Positions 39,075 to 51,618 of a stretch of DNA of 64,000 nt are shown one piece after another. The DNA comes from Mobula hypostoma. Its lineage: Eukaryota. Both the position numbers and the translations under genes were made by a program. Under the pieces are notes generated by a model. The model did not search any database, had not been told where the DNA came from, and saw nothing but the letters and a program-made list of their open reading frames with translations. The stretch is taken from the NCBI RefSeq assembly GCF_963921235.1, contig NC_086100.1, forward strand, positions 201,564,001-201,628,000. Direction: 5' to 3'. Numbering within the stretch: position 1 is the first letter of the stretch; each line of letters begins with the position of its first letter.

Positions 39075-39530
39075 TTGACTCTCAACACAGGTGCCCCTCA
39101 GGTTTGTGTACTAAGCCCCCTCCTTTACTCTCTGTATACCCACGACTGTGTTGCCACCCACAGCTCCAATCTGCTAATTAAATTTGCTGATGACACTATA
39201 ATGATTGGCCTAATCTCAAATAATAATGAGGTAGCCTGCAGAGAAGGAGTCACCACTCTGACACAGTGGTGTCAAGAAAACAACCTCTCCCTCAATGTCA
39301 CAAAAACAAAGGAGCTGGTTGTGGACTAGAGGAGGAATGGAGAGAGGCTAACCCCTATTGACATCAATGGATCTGGGGTCGAGAGGGTGAACAGCTTTAA
39401 GTTTCTCGGCATAAACATCACCAAAGATCTCAGGTGGTCTGTACACACCGGCTGTGTGGTGCAAAAGGCACAACAGTTCCTCTTTCACCTCAGAACACTG
39501 AGGAAGTTTGGTATGGGCCCCCAAATCCTC
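39075..39530 (+). mobile_element. Rex1/Babar-type RT fragment
   Basis: [40 protein letters not shown]. Confidence 0.85.
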
Positions 39531-39782
39531 AGATCAGTTGTTTGTGATGTATATCAATGACAATGTGTATAGACTGATTTGGAAATTATGGAATTATGGA
39601 TAATAACAAAGGTAGTAAACCATTTGAAGTGTGGGCAGACAAGTGGCAGATGGATTTGAACCTGGACAATTGTGAGGTGCTACATTTTGAGAGATCAGCT
39701 CTTAGAGGAAAGTAGGCAGTTAATGGCAAGATCTTTTGAACCATAAACAGAAACGAGGTATGATTTATTATCATTGACATAG

Positions 39783-42650
39783 ACATAGAAACATTGAAAG
39801 CCTACAACACAATACAGGCCCTTCGGCCCACAATGCTGTGCCGAACATGTACTTACTTTAGAAATTACCTAGGGTTACACATAGCCCTCTATTTTTCTAA
39901 GATCCATGTACCTATCTAGGAGTCTCTTAAAAGACCCTATCGTATCCGCCTCCACCACCATCGCCAGCAGCCCATTCCACACACTCACTACTCTCTGAGT
40001 AAAAAACTTACTCCTGACATCTCCTCTGTACCTACTTCCAGAACCGTGCCCTCTCATATCAGCCATTTCAGCCCTGGGAAAAAGCCAATGACTATGCACA
40101 TGTAACACTCAGCTCTATCAACCCACGTTCATCTGGAGGAAACTGCTGTCCACCCGCCAAACTGTGTCTCACGTTTGCGTAGATGCTGTGTATGCACCCC
40201 GGCGCAAACCCACAACGTAAAATATCAGTCAGTACACAATGTACGCTTAAACGATTACACTTTATAAATTTTACTGTGACTGTGGGGTATCCTTGGTCCA
40301 CCATTTGATTTCCTCCGAAATCCACGACCCTCGGACTGGGACCAGCCACGGTGGTCTACCAGAGCACTTCCCGCACGTCCTCCCTCTTCGCTGCTCCTCG
40401 CCGAACTTCCCGCACACTCACTCAGGTTCCCACACATACAGATAGAATAACATAACTTCCATTATCTATTCCATTATCCCCGTTATCTACAATTATAACC
40501 CAAACAGTTCAGCTACAACGAACATTAACTCATCGGTTAACATTACAGAGAAGCCATTTCATTATAACACTTCAGAGAAGCCATTTTACTATTAGCAGTT
40601 AACAGTTAACATTACAGTTAATATTACTGAGAACCCTACACATGCAATCAATGTCTCTCATCATCTTATACACCTCTATCAGGTCACCTCTCATCCTCCG
40701 TTGCTCCAAGGAGAAGAGGCCGAGTTCACTCAACCTATTCATAGTCATAGTCATAGTCATACTTTATTGATCCCGGGGGGAATTGGTTTTCATTACAGTT
40801 GCACCATAAATAATTAAATAGTAATAGAACCATAAATAGTTAAATAGTAATATGTAAATTATACCAGTAAATTATGAAATAAGTCCAGGACCAGCCCATT
40901 GGCTCAGGGTGTCCCTCCAAGGGAGGAGTTGTAAAGTTTGATGGCCACAGGCAGGAATGACTTCCTATGACGCTCTGTGTTGCATCTCGGTGGAATGAGT
41001 CTCTGGCTGAATGTACTCCTGTGCCCACCCAGTGCATTATGTAGTGGATGGGAGACATTGACCAAGATGGCATGCAACTTAGACAGCATCCTCTTTTCAT
41101 AAGACATGCTCCCCAATCCAGGCAACATCCTTGTAAATCTCCTCTGCACCCTTTCTATGATTTCCACGTCCTTCCTATAGTGAGGTGACCAGAATTGAGC
41201 ACAGTACTCCAGTGGGGTCTGACCAGGGTCCTATATAGCTGCAATATTACCTCTCGACTCTTAAACTGAATTCCATGATTGATGAAGGCCAATGCACCGT
41301 ATGTCTTCTTAACCACAGAGTCAACCTGCAAAGCAGCTTTGAGTGTCCTATGGACTCAGACCTCAAGATCCCTCTGATCCTCCACACTGCCAAGGGTCTT
41401 GCCATTAATACTATATTCTGCCATCATATGTGACCTACCAAAATGAACCGCCTCACACTTATCTGGGTTGAACTCCATCTGCCACTTCTCAGCCCAGTTT
41501 TGCATCCTATCAATGTCCCGCTATAACCTCTGACAGCCCTCCACACTATCCACAACACACCCAACATTTGTGTCATCAGCAAATTTACTAACCCGACCCT
41601 CCACTTCCTCATCCAGGTCATTTATAAAAATCACAAAGAGTCGGGGTCCCGAACAGATCCCTGAGGCACACCACTGTTCATCAGGCTCCATGCAGAATAT
41701 GACCTGTCTACAATCACTCTTTGTCTTGTGTGGGCAAGCCAGTTCTGGATCCACAAAGCAATATCCCCTTGGATCCCATGCCTCCTTACTTTCTCAATAC
41801 CTTATCAAATGCCTTGCTAAAATCTATATACACTACATCTACAGCTCTACCTTCATCAGTGAGCTTAGTCACATCCTCAAAAAATTCAATCAGGCTCGTA
41901 AAGCACGACCTGCCTTTGACAAAGCCATGCTGACTATTCCTAATCATATTTTGCCTCTCCAAATGTTCATAAACCCTGCCTCTCAGGATCTTCTCCATCA
42001 ACTTACCAACCACTGAAGTAAGACTCATTGGCCTATAATTTCCTGGGATATCTCCACTCACTTTCTTGAATAAGGGAACAACATCCACAACCCTCTAATC
42101 CTCCGGAACCTCTCCCGTCCTCATTGATGATGCAAAGATCATCGCCAGAGGCTCAGCAATCTCCTCCCTTGCTTCCAACAGTACATCCTGTCTGGTCCAA
42201 GTGACTTATCCAACTTGATGCTTTCCAAAAGCTCCAGCACATCCTCTTTCTTAACATCTACATTCTAAAGATTTTCAGTCCGCTGCAAGTCATCCCTATA
42301 ATCGCCAGGATCCTTTTCCATAGTGAATACTGAAGCAAGGTATTCATTAAGTACCGCCGCTATTTCCTCCAGTTCCATACACACTTTTCCATTGTCACAC
42401 TTGATTGGTCCTAGTCTCTCACGTCTTATCCTCTTGATCTTCATATACTTGTAGAATGCCTTGGGGTTTTCCTTAATCCTGTCCACCATGGCCTTCTCAT
42501 GGCCCCTTCTGGCTCTCCTAATTTCATTCTTAAGCTCCTTCCTGCTAGCCTTATAATCTTCTAGATTCATATCATTACCTAGTTTTTTGAACCTTTTTGT
42601 AAGCTTTTCTTTTCTTCTTGACTAGATTTACAACAGCCTTTGTGCATCAC
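39783..42650 (-). mobile_element. CR1 ORF2 plus 3' end with nested solo LTR and Rex1-type 3' end (40742-41097)
   Basis: QHGFVKGRSCFTSL, KFADDT, FFTQRVVSVWNGL peptides. Confidence 0.9.
40101..40640. mobile_element. Probable solo LTR, 540 bp
   Basis: TGTA...TACA termini, cleanly interrupts a CR1; flanks caca/catg consistent with a CpG-decayed cacg TSD. Confidence 0.65.
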
Positions 42651-42664
42651 CGATCTTGTACCGT

Positions 42665-43710
42665 ACCATCCTTTTGAATTCTCTCTCCATCTTAATAATA
42701 GTCTGTTCGTTTCTTTCTTCCACCAAAGGGGAAGTCCATGAACATACACTTTCCAACATTGTATTTCATTTGCCACTTCTTTGCCATTCCCCTAAACTAT
42801 CTAAGTCTCTCTGCAGGCTCTCTGTTTCCTCAACACTACCCGCTCCTCCACCTATCTTTGTATCGTCGGCAAATTTACCCACAAATCCATTAATACCGTA
42901 GTCCAAATCATTGACATACAGTGTAAAAAGCAGCGGTCCCAACACCGACCCCTGTGGAACTCCACTGGTAACTAGCAGCCAGCCAGAATAGGATCCCTTT
43001 ATTCCCACTCCCTGTTTCCTGCCGATCAGCCAATGCTCCACCCATGCTAGTAACTCCCCTGTAATTCCATGGGCTCTTATCTTGCTAAGCAGCCTCATGT
43101 GCGGCACCTTGCCAAAGGCCTTCTGAAAATCCAGGTACACATTTACTGCATCTCCTTTGTCTACCCTTCTTGTAATTTCCTCAAAAAATTGCAGTACGTT
43201 AGTCAGACAGGATTTTCCTTTCAGGAACCATGCTGGCTTTGGCCTATCTTGTCATGTGCCTCCAGGTACTCCATAATCTCATCCCTAACAATCGTTTCCA
43301 ACAACTATCTAACCATTGATGTCAGGCTAACAGATCTATAGTTCCCTTTCTGCTGCCTCCCGCCCTTCTAAAAAAGATGAGTCATATTTGCAATTTTCCC
43401 GACATCCGGTACAATGCCAGAATCTATCGATTCTTGAAAGATCATTGTTAATGCCTCCGCAATCTCTCCAGCTACTTCCTTCAGAACCCAAGGGTGCATT
43501 CCATCAGGTCCAGGAGATTTATCCACCCTCAGACCATTAAGCTTCCTGAGCACCTTCTCAGTTGTAATTTTCACTGCATATACTTCACTTCCCTGACACT
43601 CTTGAATGTCCGGTATACTGCTGATGTCTTCCACTGTGAAGACTGATGCAGAATACGCATTCAGTTCCTCTGCCCTCTCTGCGTCTCTCATTACAATATC
43701 TCCAGCATCA
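42665..43710 (-). mobile_element. CR1 RT fragment
   Basis: KSPGPDGMHP, YLDFQKAF, GVPQGSVLGP, KFADDTKIGG. Confidence 0.9.
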
Positions 43711-43899
43711 TGGCTTTAAGTGGTGTATTCACATTGCAATGAGACAGAGAGAGCAGATGTGTAGACAACAGATCAATGCACATCGGTAAATTATCAGTCC
43801 ATTTGTAGTGCTAAGGGGAGTCAGTTCTCTGAAAGAAATAAATCCATATATTAAAGTGAGGATCTCTGATGATGGAGTTTCATGTAGATGTGGTCATTG

Positions 43900-46370
43900 G
43901 TTGAGAGGCCCTTACCCGTGATATTCTGGGCCAAATCCACTACCTTTTTGTTGGATTTTCCATTCAAAAGCATTGGTGTTTTGGTACCAGGCCATGATGC
44001 AGCCAGTCAGTACACTCTCCACTACACATCTATAGAGGTTTGTCAAAGTTTTTGATGTCATGTCAAATCTCTGCAGACTCCTAAGGAAATAGAGGCGCTG
44101 CCCATGCTTTCTTCACAGTTACATTTACATCTTGAATCCAAGACAGGTCCTCTGAAATGGGAACATACAGGAATTTAAAGTTGCTGACCCTCTCCACCTC
44201 TGATCCTCCGATGAGGACTGACTCTGGTTTCCCTCTCCTGAAGTATACAGTCAGTTCCTTGGTCTTGCTGACTTTGAGTGAGGGTGTTGTTATGACACCC
44301 CTCAGCCAAACTTTCAATCTCCCTCCTGTATACTGATTCATCACCTCCTTTGATACGGCCCACAACAGTAGTGTCATCAGCAAACATTAGCCATATAGTC
44401 ACAGATGTAAAGCGGATGGAGCAGGGGTCTTCTCAGCCCACAGCCCTGTGGTGCACCTGTGCTGGTGGAGATCGTGGAGGAGATGTTTTTGCCAATCCAA
44501 ATTGACTGGGGTCTACAAGTGAGGAAATCCAGGATCCAATTGCACAAGGAGGAATTGAGGCCAAGGTCTTGGAGCTTATTGATTAGTTTTGAGGGGATGA
44601 TGGTATTAAATGCTGAGCTGAAATCGATAAAGAGCATCCTGATGTATGCATCTTTGCTGTCCACATATTCCATGGTTGTGTGACATGTCAATGAGATGGC
44701 ACCTGCTGTGGACCTGTTGGTGCAGATCCAAGTTGTATTTTGGGCAGGAGCTGATATGTTTCATCACAGCCTCTCTAAACACTTCATCACTGTGGATATA
44801 AGTGCAACTGGGCATTTGCGGCAGGTCGCCACACTCTTCTTGGGCACCAGTATAATTCAAGCCTGCTTGAAGCAGGTGAGTGCCATACACTGCTGAAGCA
44901 AGATGCTAAAGATTTCTGTAAACACACCAGCCAGTTGGTCAGCACAGGTCTTTAGTACCCCGTCCCGTCCGGATGATTTCCTTGGATTCACCCTCCTGAA
45001 TATAGCCCACATGTCAGCTTGAGATACTGAGATCAAAGGATCATCAGGAGATTTGGGGGTTCGTGATTCTGAAGGTCAGAAGCCATTGAGCTCATCTGGA
45101 AGTGAAGCCCTACTGTCTTCCACGTTGCTTGACTTAACTTTGTAGGTGGTTCTAACATTCAACCTGCCACAGCTGCCAAGTATCCCTCATTGATTCTAGT
45201 TTGGTCCGGAATTTCCACTTCGCCTGGGGGATGGCTTTCCGGAGACCTCTTGTAGTATTATTGGGCTTCAGACTTGAATGCCTCTGATCTGGCCCTCAAC
45301 AAATTTTGGATGTCATGGTTCATCCAGGGCTTCTGATTGGGGACGACTCTGAAAAATTTAATGAGGACACACTCATCTACAGCTACAACCCTGGTGTATT
45401 CATTCAGATCCTCAGATGAGTCCTTGAACACGTCCCAGTCCACTGACTCAAAGCAATCTCATAATCGTTCTTCTGCCTCCCGCATCCACCTCTTAATTGT
45501 CTTAAACTCCAGAGCCTTGCTTTTTAGACTGTACCTGTATCCAGGTAGGAGGAAACAGCTAAGTAATCTGATTTACCAGAATGTAGTCTGGGCAAGGAAC
45601 AGTCATCATTCCTTATCTTAGTGTAGCAATGGTCTAGTGTGTTGGGACCTCTGGTGCTACAGGTTATATGCTGGTGTTAATTGGGCAGTGTTTACTTCAA
45701 ACGGGCCTGGTTGATGTCTCCATCTATAACTTGAAATGCATTGGGATGGGCTGTTTCTTGTCTGCAGATGGCATCGTGCAAGATGCCATTGGTGGTATAT
45801 GAGCTGCTGCAGGATCACAGATCAGAACTCCCAAGGCAAATAGAATGGTCTACATTTCATCATTGGGTGTTCCAAGTCGGGGGAACACAAGTTCGACATA
45901 ACCACCATGTCAGAGCACCAACGAGAATTGACCATAAAACACACCTCCTCCCTTTGCCTTACCTAATTCTGGAGCTTAGTCCATTATGAAAATTGTAAAT
46001 CCTTCTGGTCTGACAGCTCCATCCAACATATCTGCAGATAACCAAGTTTGGGTAGAGCAAACAATTGAGATATTTCTCATCTGCCTCTGATACAGCAGTC
46101 TTGTCCTCAGATTGTCAGTTTTATTCTCCAGCAACTGTGCATTGGTCAACAAAATGCTGGGTAGAGGAAGTCTCATCCCTCTGCGTTTCACCCCTCTCCT
46201 GCCACACTCTTGGCCATGGTGATGAGCTTGACTGGTGTGTCCAGGTTCTTAAGTCCATCATGAGATCTGAAGACTATTGATGTGATTTAGAAGTGCATTG
46301 TTAGGAGGAAGCTTAGATAATGCAGATTGCAGCTGAAGTATTTTTAAGAGGAAATCTGAAAACAATTTTC
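43900..46370 (-). mobile_element. Decayed Rex1/Babar-type LINE
   Basis: [41 protein letters not shown] peptides. Confidence 0.85.
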
Positions 46371-46741
46371 TGCAGCCCACAGAAAGTCGCTGATCATCAC
46401 CAGTGCCATCCTAAGAAGGGTAGTTTAGTAAAGTTTGCAGATGATACGAAGGTTGGTGGTGTTGTAGACGGTGTAGAAGGATGCATCCTACCAACAGAAC
46501 ATGGATAGGATGCAGAGCTGGGCTGAGACGTTCAATCCAGAAAAGTCGAAAGTGATTCACTTTGGAAGGTCAAACATGAAGGCGAGTACAGGGTTAGTAG
46601 CAAGATTCTTAGCAGTGTGGAGGGACAGAGGGATCTTGGGGTCCTCATCTATAGATCCCTTCAAGTTGCCATGCAAGTTGTTAGGGTTGGTAAGAAGTCA
46701 TATGGTGTGTTGGCCTTCATTAGTCAGGAGATTGAGTTTTT

Positions 46742-47363
46742 TTTAGATTATGAAGACACGTAGTACCCTTTTATTGTCATTTAGTAATGCATGCATTAAG
46801 AAATGATACATTATTTCCTCTGGTGTGATATCACAAAAACACAGGACAAACCAAGACTGAAAAAACTGACAAAACCACTTAATTATACATATAGTTACAA
46901 CAGTGCACAATACCATAACTTGATGAAGAAGTCCCTGACCACAGTAAAGTTCAAAGTTTCTCAAATGTCCCACATCTCACGCAGACGGGAGAGGGAAGAG
47001 AAACTCTCCCTGCCATGCCGACCACAATCTGACTCTGAGTCATCCGAAAACTTCGAGCTCTGATCAGCTGTACGACACCGAGTTCTGAGCACCATCTCTG
47101 TCCAAGCGATTCGACCTCTTTCTCGGTCGCCAAAAGCAAGCAAGACCGGGGATTTTGAGGCCTACCTTCCGAAAGATTCCCGACCACACAGTAACGACAG
47201 CAGCGGACGGGCGTTTCAGAAATTTCTCCAGATGTTCCTCTGTGCTTTCATGTCTATCTCCATCAAATCAGAAATTGTCCACGGCCCCTATTTAACAGAT
47301 ACGACATCATTTTTCACCAGAGAGCTGCGCACGCGCAGTGCGCTGCCATCTTCTCCTCCCGCT
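46742..47363 (-). mobile_element. Non-autonomous retroelement, copy 1 (nested in a + strand CR1 fragment, about 46420-47700)
   Basis: Collinear with 49440-50110; shared 5' end ggaggagaagatggc and 3' end ataatctaa; no coherent ORF. Confidence 0.75.
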
Positions 47364-47702
47364 GTTCAAGAGCTATGAGGTAATGTTGCAGTTCTAATAA
47401 ACCCTGGTTAGACAATACTTGGAATATTGTCTTCAGTTCTGATCACTTCATTATAGGAAGTGATGTGGAAGCTTTCAAGAGACTGTGGAGGAAATTTGGC
47501 AAGATGTGGCCTGGGGTAGAGAGTATGCCTTATGAAGATAATTTGAGCAAGCTAGGACTTTTCTTTGGAGAGGAGGAAGATGAGAGGTGACTTGATAGAG
47601 GCATAGATAGAATAGATAGCCAGAGACTTTTTCCCAGGACAGAAATGGCTAATACAAGACAACATAATTTTAAGGTCATTGGAGAAGTATAGGAGTGATA
47701 GG

Positions 47703-48390
47703 ACTATAAGGTATAGGAGCAGAATTAGGCCATTTGGCCCATCGAGTCTGCTCTGCCATTTCATCATTGCTGATCCAAGTTCCCTCTCAGCCCCAATCTC
47801 CTGCCTTCTCCCCGTATCCCTTCATTCCCTGACTAATCAATAATCTATCAACCTCTGCCTTAGATATATATAAAGATTTGGCATCCACAGCTGCCTAAGG
47901 AAAAGAATTGCACAAATTCAATACTCTCTGTCTAAAGAAATTCCTCCTCATCTGTGTTCTAAAAAGATGTCTCTCTGTTTTGAGACTGTGTCCTCTGTTC
48001 TTAGACTCTCCCACCATAGGGAACATCCTCTCCACATCCACTCTACCAAGGCCTTTCACCATTTGATATGTTTCAATGAGTTCACCCTCATTCTTCAGAA
48101 TTCTAATGAATACAAGCCCAGATGCACTTCATATGACAAGCCATTCAATTCTGGAATCATTTTTGTGAGCCTCCTTTGAACTCTCTTCAGTTTCAGCACA
48201 TACTTTCTAAGATAAGGGACCCAAAACTGCTCGCAATATTTCAAGTGAGGCCTCACCATTGATTTATAAAGTCTCAACATTACATCTTTGCTTTCATATT
48301 CTAATCCTCTTGAAATAAATGCTAATATCGCATTTCCTTTCCTCAGCACAGACTCAACCTGCAAATTAACTTTTAGAGAATCGTACAGGA
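47703..48390 (-). mobile_element. CR1 3' portion
   Basis: VRPHLKYC, RVQRRLTKMIP peptides plus 3' UTR. Confidence 0.85.
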
Positions 48391-49070
48391 TTGGTCAGGG
48401 CATCCAAGGATATGGTGAGGAGGCAGGCGTAGAGGACTGAGTGGGATCTGGGATCAGCCATGATGGAATGGCAGAGCAAACTCGATGGGCTGAATGGCCT
48501 AATTCTGGTGCCATGTTTTATGGCTTTCTGGCCTTAAGTCCCTTTGCACCTCAGGTTTTCGTATTTTCTCTCCATTTAGAAAATAGTTAACTCTTTCATT
48601 TCTTCTATCAAAGTTCAAGACCGTAAGCATCCGAACACATATTCCATTTGCATTTGTTTGCCCATTCTCCTAATCTGTCTAAGTCCTTCTGTAGCCCTTC
48701 TACTTCCTCATAACTACCTGCCCCTCTACATCTTCTTATCATTTGCAGTGGCAGAAGTAAGTTTTTTTACACATGGTATTGGGTGCATGGAACACCCTGC
48801 CAGGGGTGCTGGCAGAGGCAGATTTATCAGGGACATTTAAGAGACTCTTAGGCACATGGATGATTTAAAAAATGCAGGTTATGTAGGAGGGAAGGGTTAG
48901 ATTGATTTTAGAGTAGGTGAAAAGTTTGACACAACATCGTGAGCTGAAGGCCATGTACTGTGCTGTAGTGGTCTATATTGTAAAGAATGGGTCTGAAATT
49001 CCTTTCAGAAGGATGATAAGTAGCGTGTCCACATCTATATCTACAGTGTTAATGTTTCTACTATCAAATA

Positions 49071-50529
49071 CAGTGGATTCCAGTTAATCAGGACACGTCA
49101 AGACCAGTAAATTTTGGCCCAATTAAGCCGCTGCCCAAATTAGCCAAAGTTTCATTGAAATACAAACGTTTGTATTTACAAAGGTATAAAGATAAACTAT
49201 TGTTTAACTGAGTAACAATTATGTATTTAAATGAAATACAGAATAAATTAGAACACTACCAAAACTACTACAGTACTCTAAAACTGTGTACTAGTTCCTA
49301 ATAGTTATTAAAGGGGGAATTCATTCAGTTGTACGTTACTGTATTCTTTTGATTGACTGTAAATGAACAAAAGTAGTGCAAACACCTCGTGAGCTTTCAA
49401 CGATTGCATCCTCCAAATCTTCATTTTCTTTTTGATTGGATTAGATTATGAGGGCACGCAGTCCTCTTTTATTGTCATTTACTAATGCAAGCATTAAGAA
49501 ATGATACAATTTGTTCCTCCAGCATGATATCACAGAAACACAAGACAAACCAAGACTAAAAAAACTGACAAAAACCACATAATTAGAACATATAGTTACA
49601 ACAGTGCAAAACAATACCGTAATTTGATAGAAGAACAGACCATGGGCACGGTAAAAAAGTCTCAAAGTCTCTCGAAAGTCCCATCATCTCACGTAGACGG
49701 TTGAAGGAAGAAAACTCTTCCTGCTATGAGCTTCCAGCCCCGCAAACTTGCCGATGCAGCATCCTGGAAGCACCCGACCACAGTCCGACTCCGAGTCTGT
49801 CCAAAAACTTCGAGCCTCCGATCAGCTCTCCAACACCGAGCACCACCTCTGCTGAGCACTTTGACCCCGGCCCCGGCAACAGGCAATAGGCAAAGCCGAG
49901 GATTTGGGGCCTTCCTCTCCGGAGATTCTCGATCACACAGTAGCAGTGGCAGCGAAGCGGGCATTTCAGAAGTTTCTCCAGATGTTCCTCCATGCTTCTC
50001 ATGGCTGTCTCCATCAAATGAGGATTGTGCAGAGCACCCTACTTCACAAATATGATATCAATTCCGAGTGGCTGTGCACGCTGCGTCGCACCGCCATCTT
50101 CTCCTCCCCTCCCTTCATTGTAATATTCAAGATGATTGCCGATACCTTCAAATTCTTCATCGGTCCTAACTTGTTGAAGTAGTGAAATCGTTTAAGTTTT
50201 ACTCCTGGCTGTTTCTCCAAACCTGAATGCTTGAAACCACAGCGAGCAAAACAGTTCTGAATGATCTTACTGTTTATTAGTGGCAAAAATCACTGTTTTT
50301 GAACACAAACATGCAACTGATGCTATTTAAAATCTGTTCACTCTAAGCATGGTGCAGTGTCAAATGTCCACATAGCATGCAAATAACTGATTCCAGTTAG
50401 AAAATGTTCAGCAACAGTCTTCTGGCCCAATTAAGTGGCATAGTGTCCCAAATAAACAAAAGGAATCCCAACTATTTTGTTCTTTAAAAGTTGTCCCAAA
50501 TAAGCAGTTCAACTAACCAGACTTCACTG
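49071..50529 (-). mobile_element. Tigger/pogo-like (Tc1-mariner) DNA transposon remnant
   Basis: Imperfect TIRs ta-cagtggattccagttaat / actaaccagacttcactg-tg; peptide IIQNCFARCGF resembles the Tigger transposase C-terminus. Confidence 0.7.
49440..50110 (-). mobile_element. Non-autonomous retroelement, copy 2 (nested in the Tigger-like remnant)
   Basis: Collinear with 46742-47363. Confidence 0.75.
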
Positions 50530-50648
50530 TGGTCACCTTTTCTTTACCCCAGACAATGGAGCTTGCTGACTCATTTTCTGTGCAGATGTCACTTTTCCTT
50601 TTGATAGTCCTTTGAAGTGTAAAATTGATTTTCATTCCCACTCTCCAG

Positions 50649-50821
50649 TTCCCACAGCTCCACGTACATCTCTCTGTCCAGAAAGGGTTCCGATGCTGCA
50701 TCTAGCCAGTCGAGTGCATAGGATATCAGGCTGCAACACCAGTGATGTGAGACCAGAGGCAAGACGCTTGACCATGTGCACCAGTCACTGAAACCTAGGT
50801 TTTGGAGACCTTGTCTACTGG
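50649..50821 (+). CDS. Candidate cytoplasmic-tail exon of the host gene; frame uncertain
   Basis: Acceptor ttttcattcccactctccag, donor TGG|gtatgt. Phase 2 gives SSHSSTYISLSRKGSDAASSQSSA-stop (50721); phase 1 gives xPTAPRTSL...MCTSH-stop (50791). Confidence 0.45.
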
Positions 50822-51618
50822 GTATGTCTTAATCTTCAGATTCAAGGGTAGCATCACCCGGCATGTTTGGAAATATCCTCAAAGAGCTAACTATTTCACT
50901 GAGAGGACTGCCACACCATCACAATGTCTGTTTCAAATTTGCTTTGTTTTTTGGCATTTAGTGTATAAACAATATAAAAACAATGATAAAAGACGCAGTG
51001 AAAATTTAAGATATGTTGCTAGGGGCATACTTGTCGACTGTCTAGGGATTTTGTAGCCTTATAGACATATAGAACAATACAGCACCAGCATGTCCCTTCA
51101 GACTACAATATATAAAACCATGACATAGGAGCAGAATTAGGCCATTTGACCCAATGAGTCTGCTCCACCATTACATCATGGCTAATTTATTATCCTTCTC
51201 AACCCCATTCTCCTGCCTCCTTCACATAATCTTTGACACCCTGACTAATCAAGAACTAATCAACCTCCAATTTAAATATACCCATTGACTTGGCCTCCAC
51301 GGCCACCTGTGGTAGTGAATTCCACAGATTTGCCACCCTCTGGCTAAAGAAATTCCTCCTCATCTATTTTCTAAAGGGAGAAACTTGTATTCTGAGGCTG
51401 TGCCCTCTGGTCCTACACTCACCCACTTTAGGAAACAGGCTCTCTACATCCACTCTACCAAGGCCTTTCATTGTGATCCCTCCCCATTCTTCTAAACTCC
51501 AACAAGCACAGGCCCAGAGCTATCAAATGCTTCTCATATGTTAACCCTTCCGTCCCCAGGAACATTCTCATGAACGACATATGGACCCTCTCCATTACCA
51601 GTATCCTTTCTTAGATAA

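Noticed and set aside
43721..43785. Possible phase 2-to-1 linker exon for the cytoplasmic tail
   Set aside because: TGA after six codons and a poor acceptor
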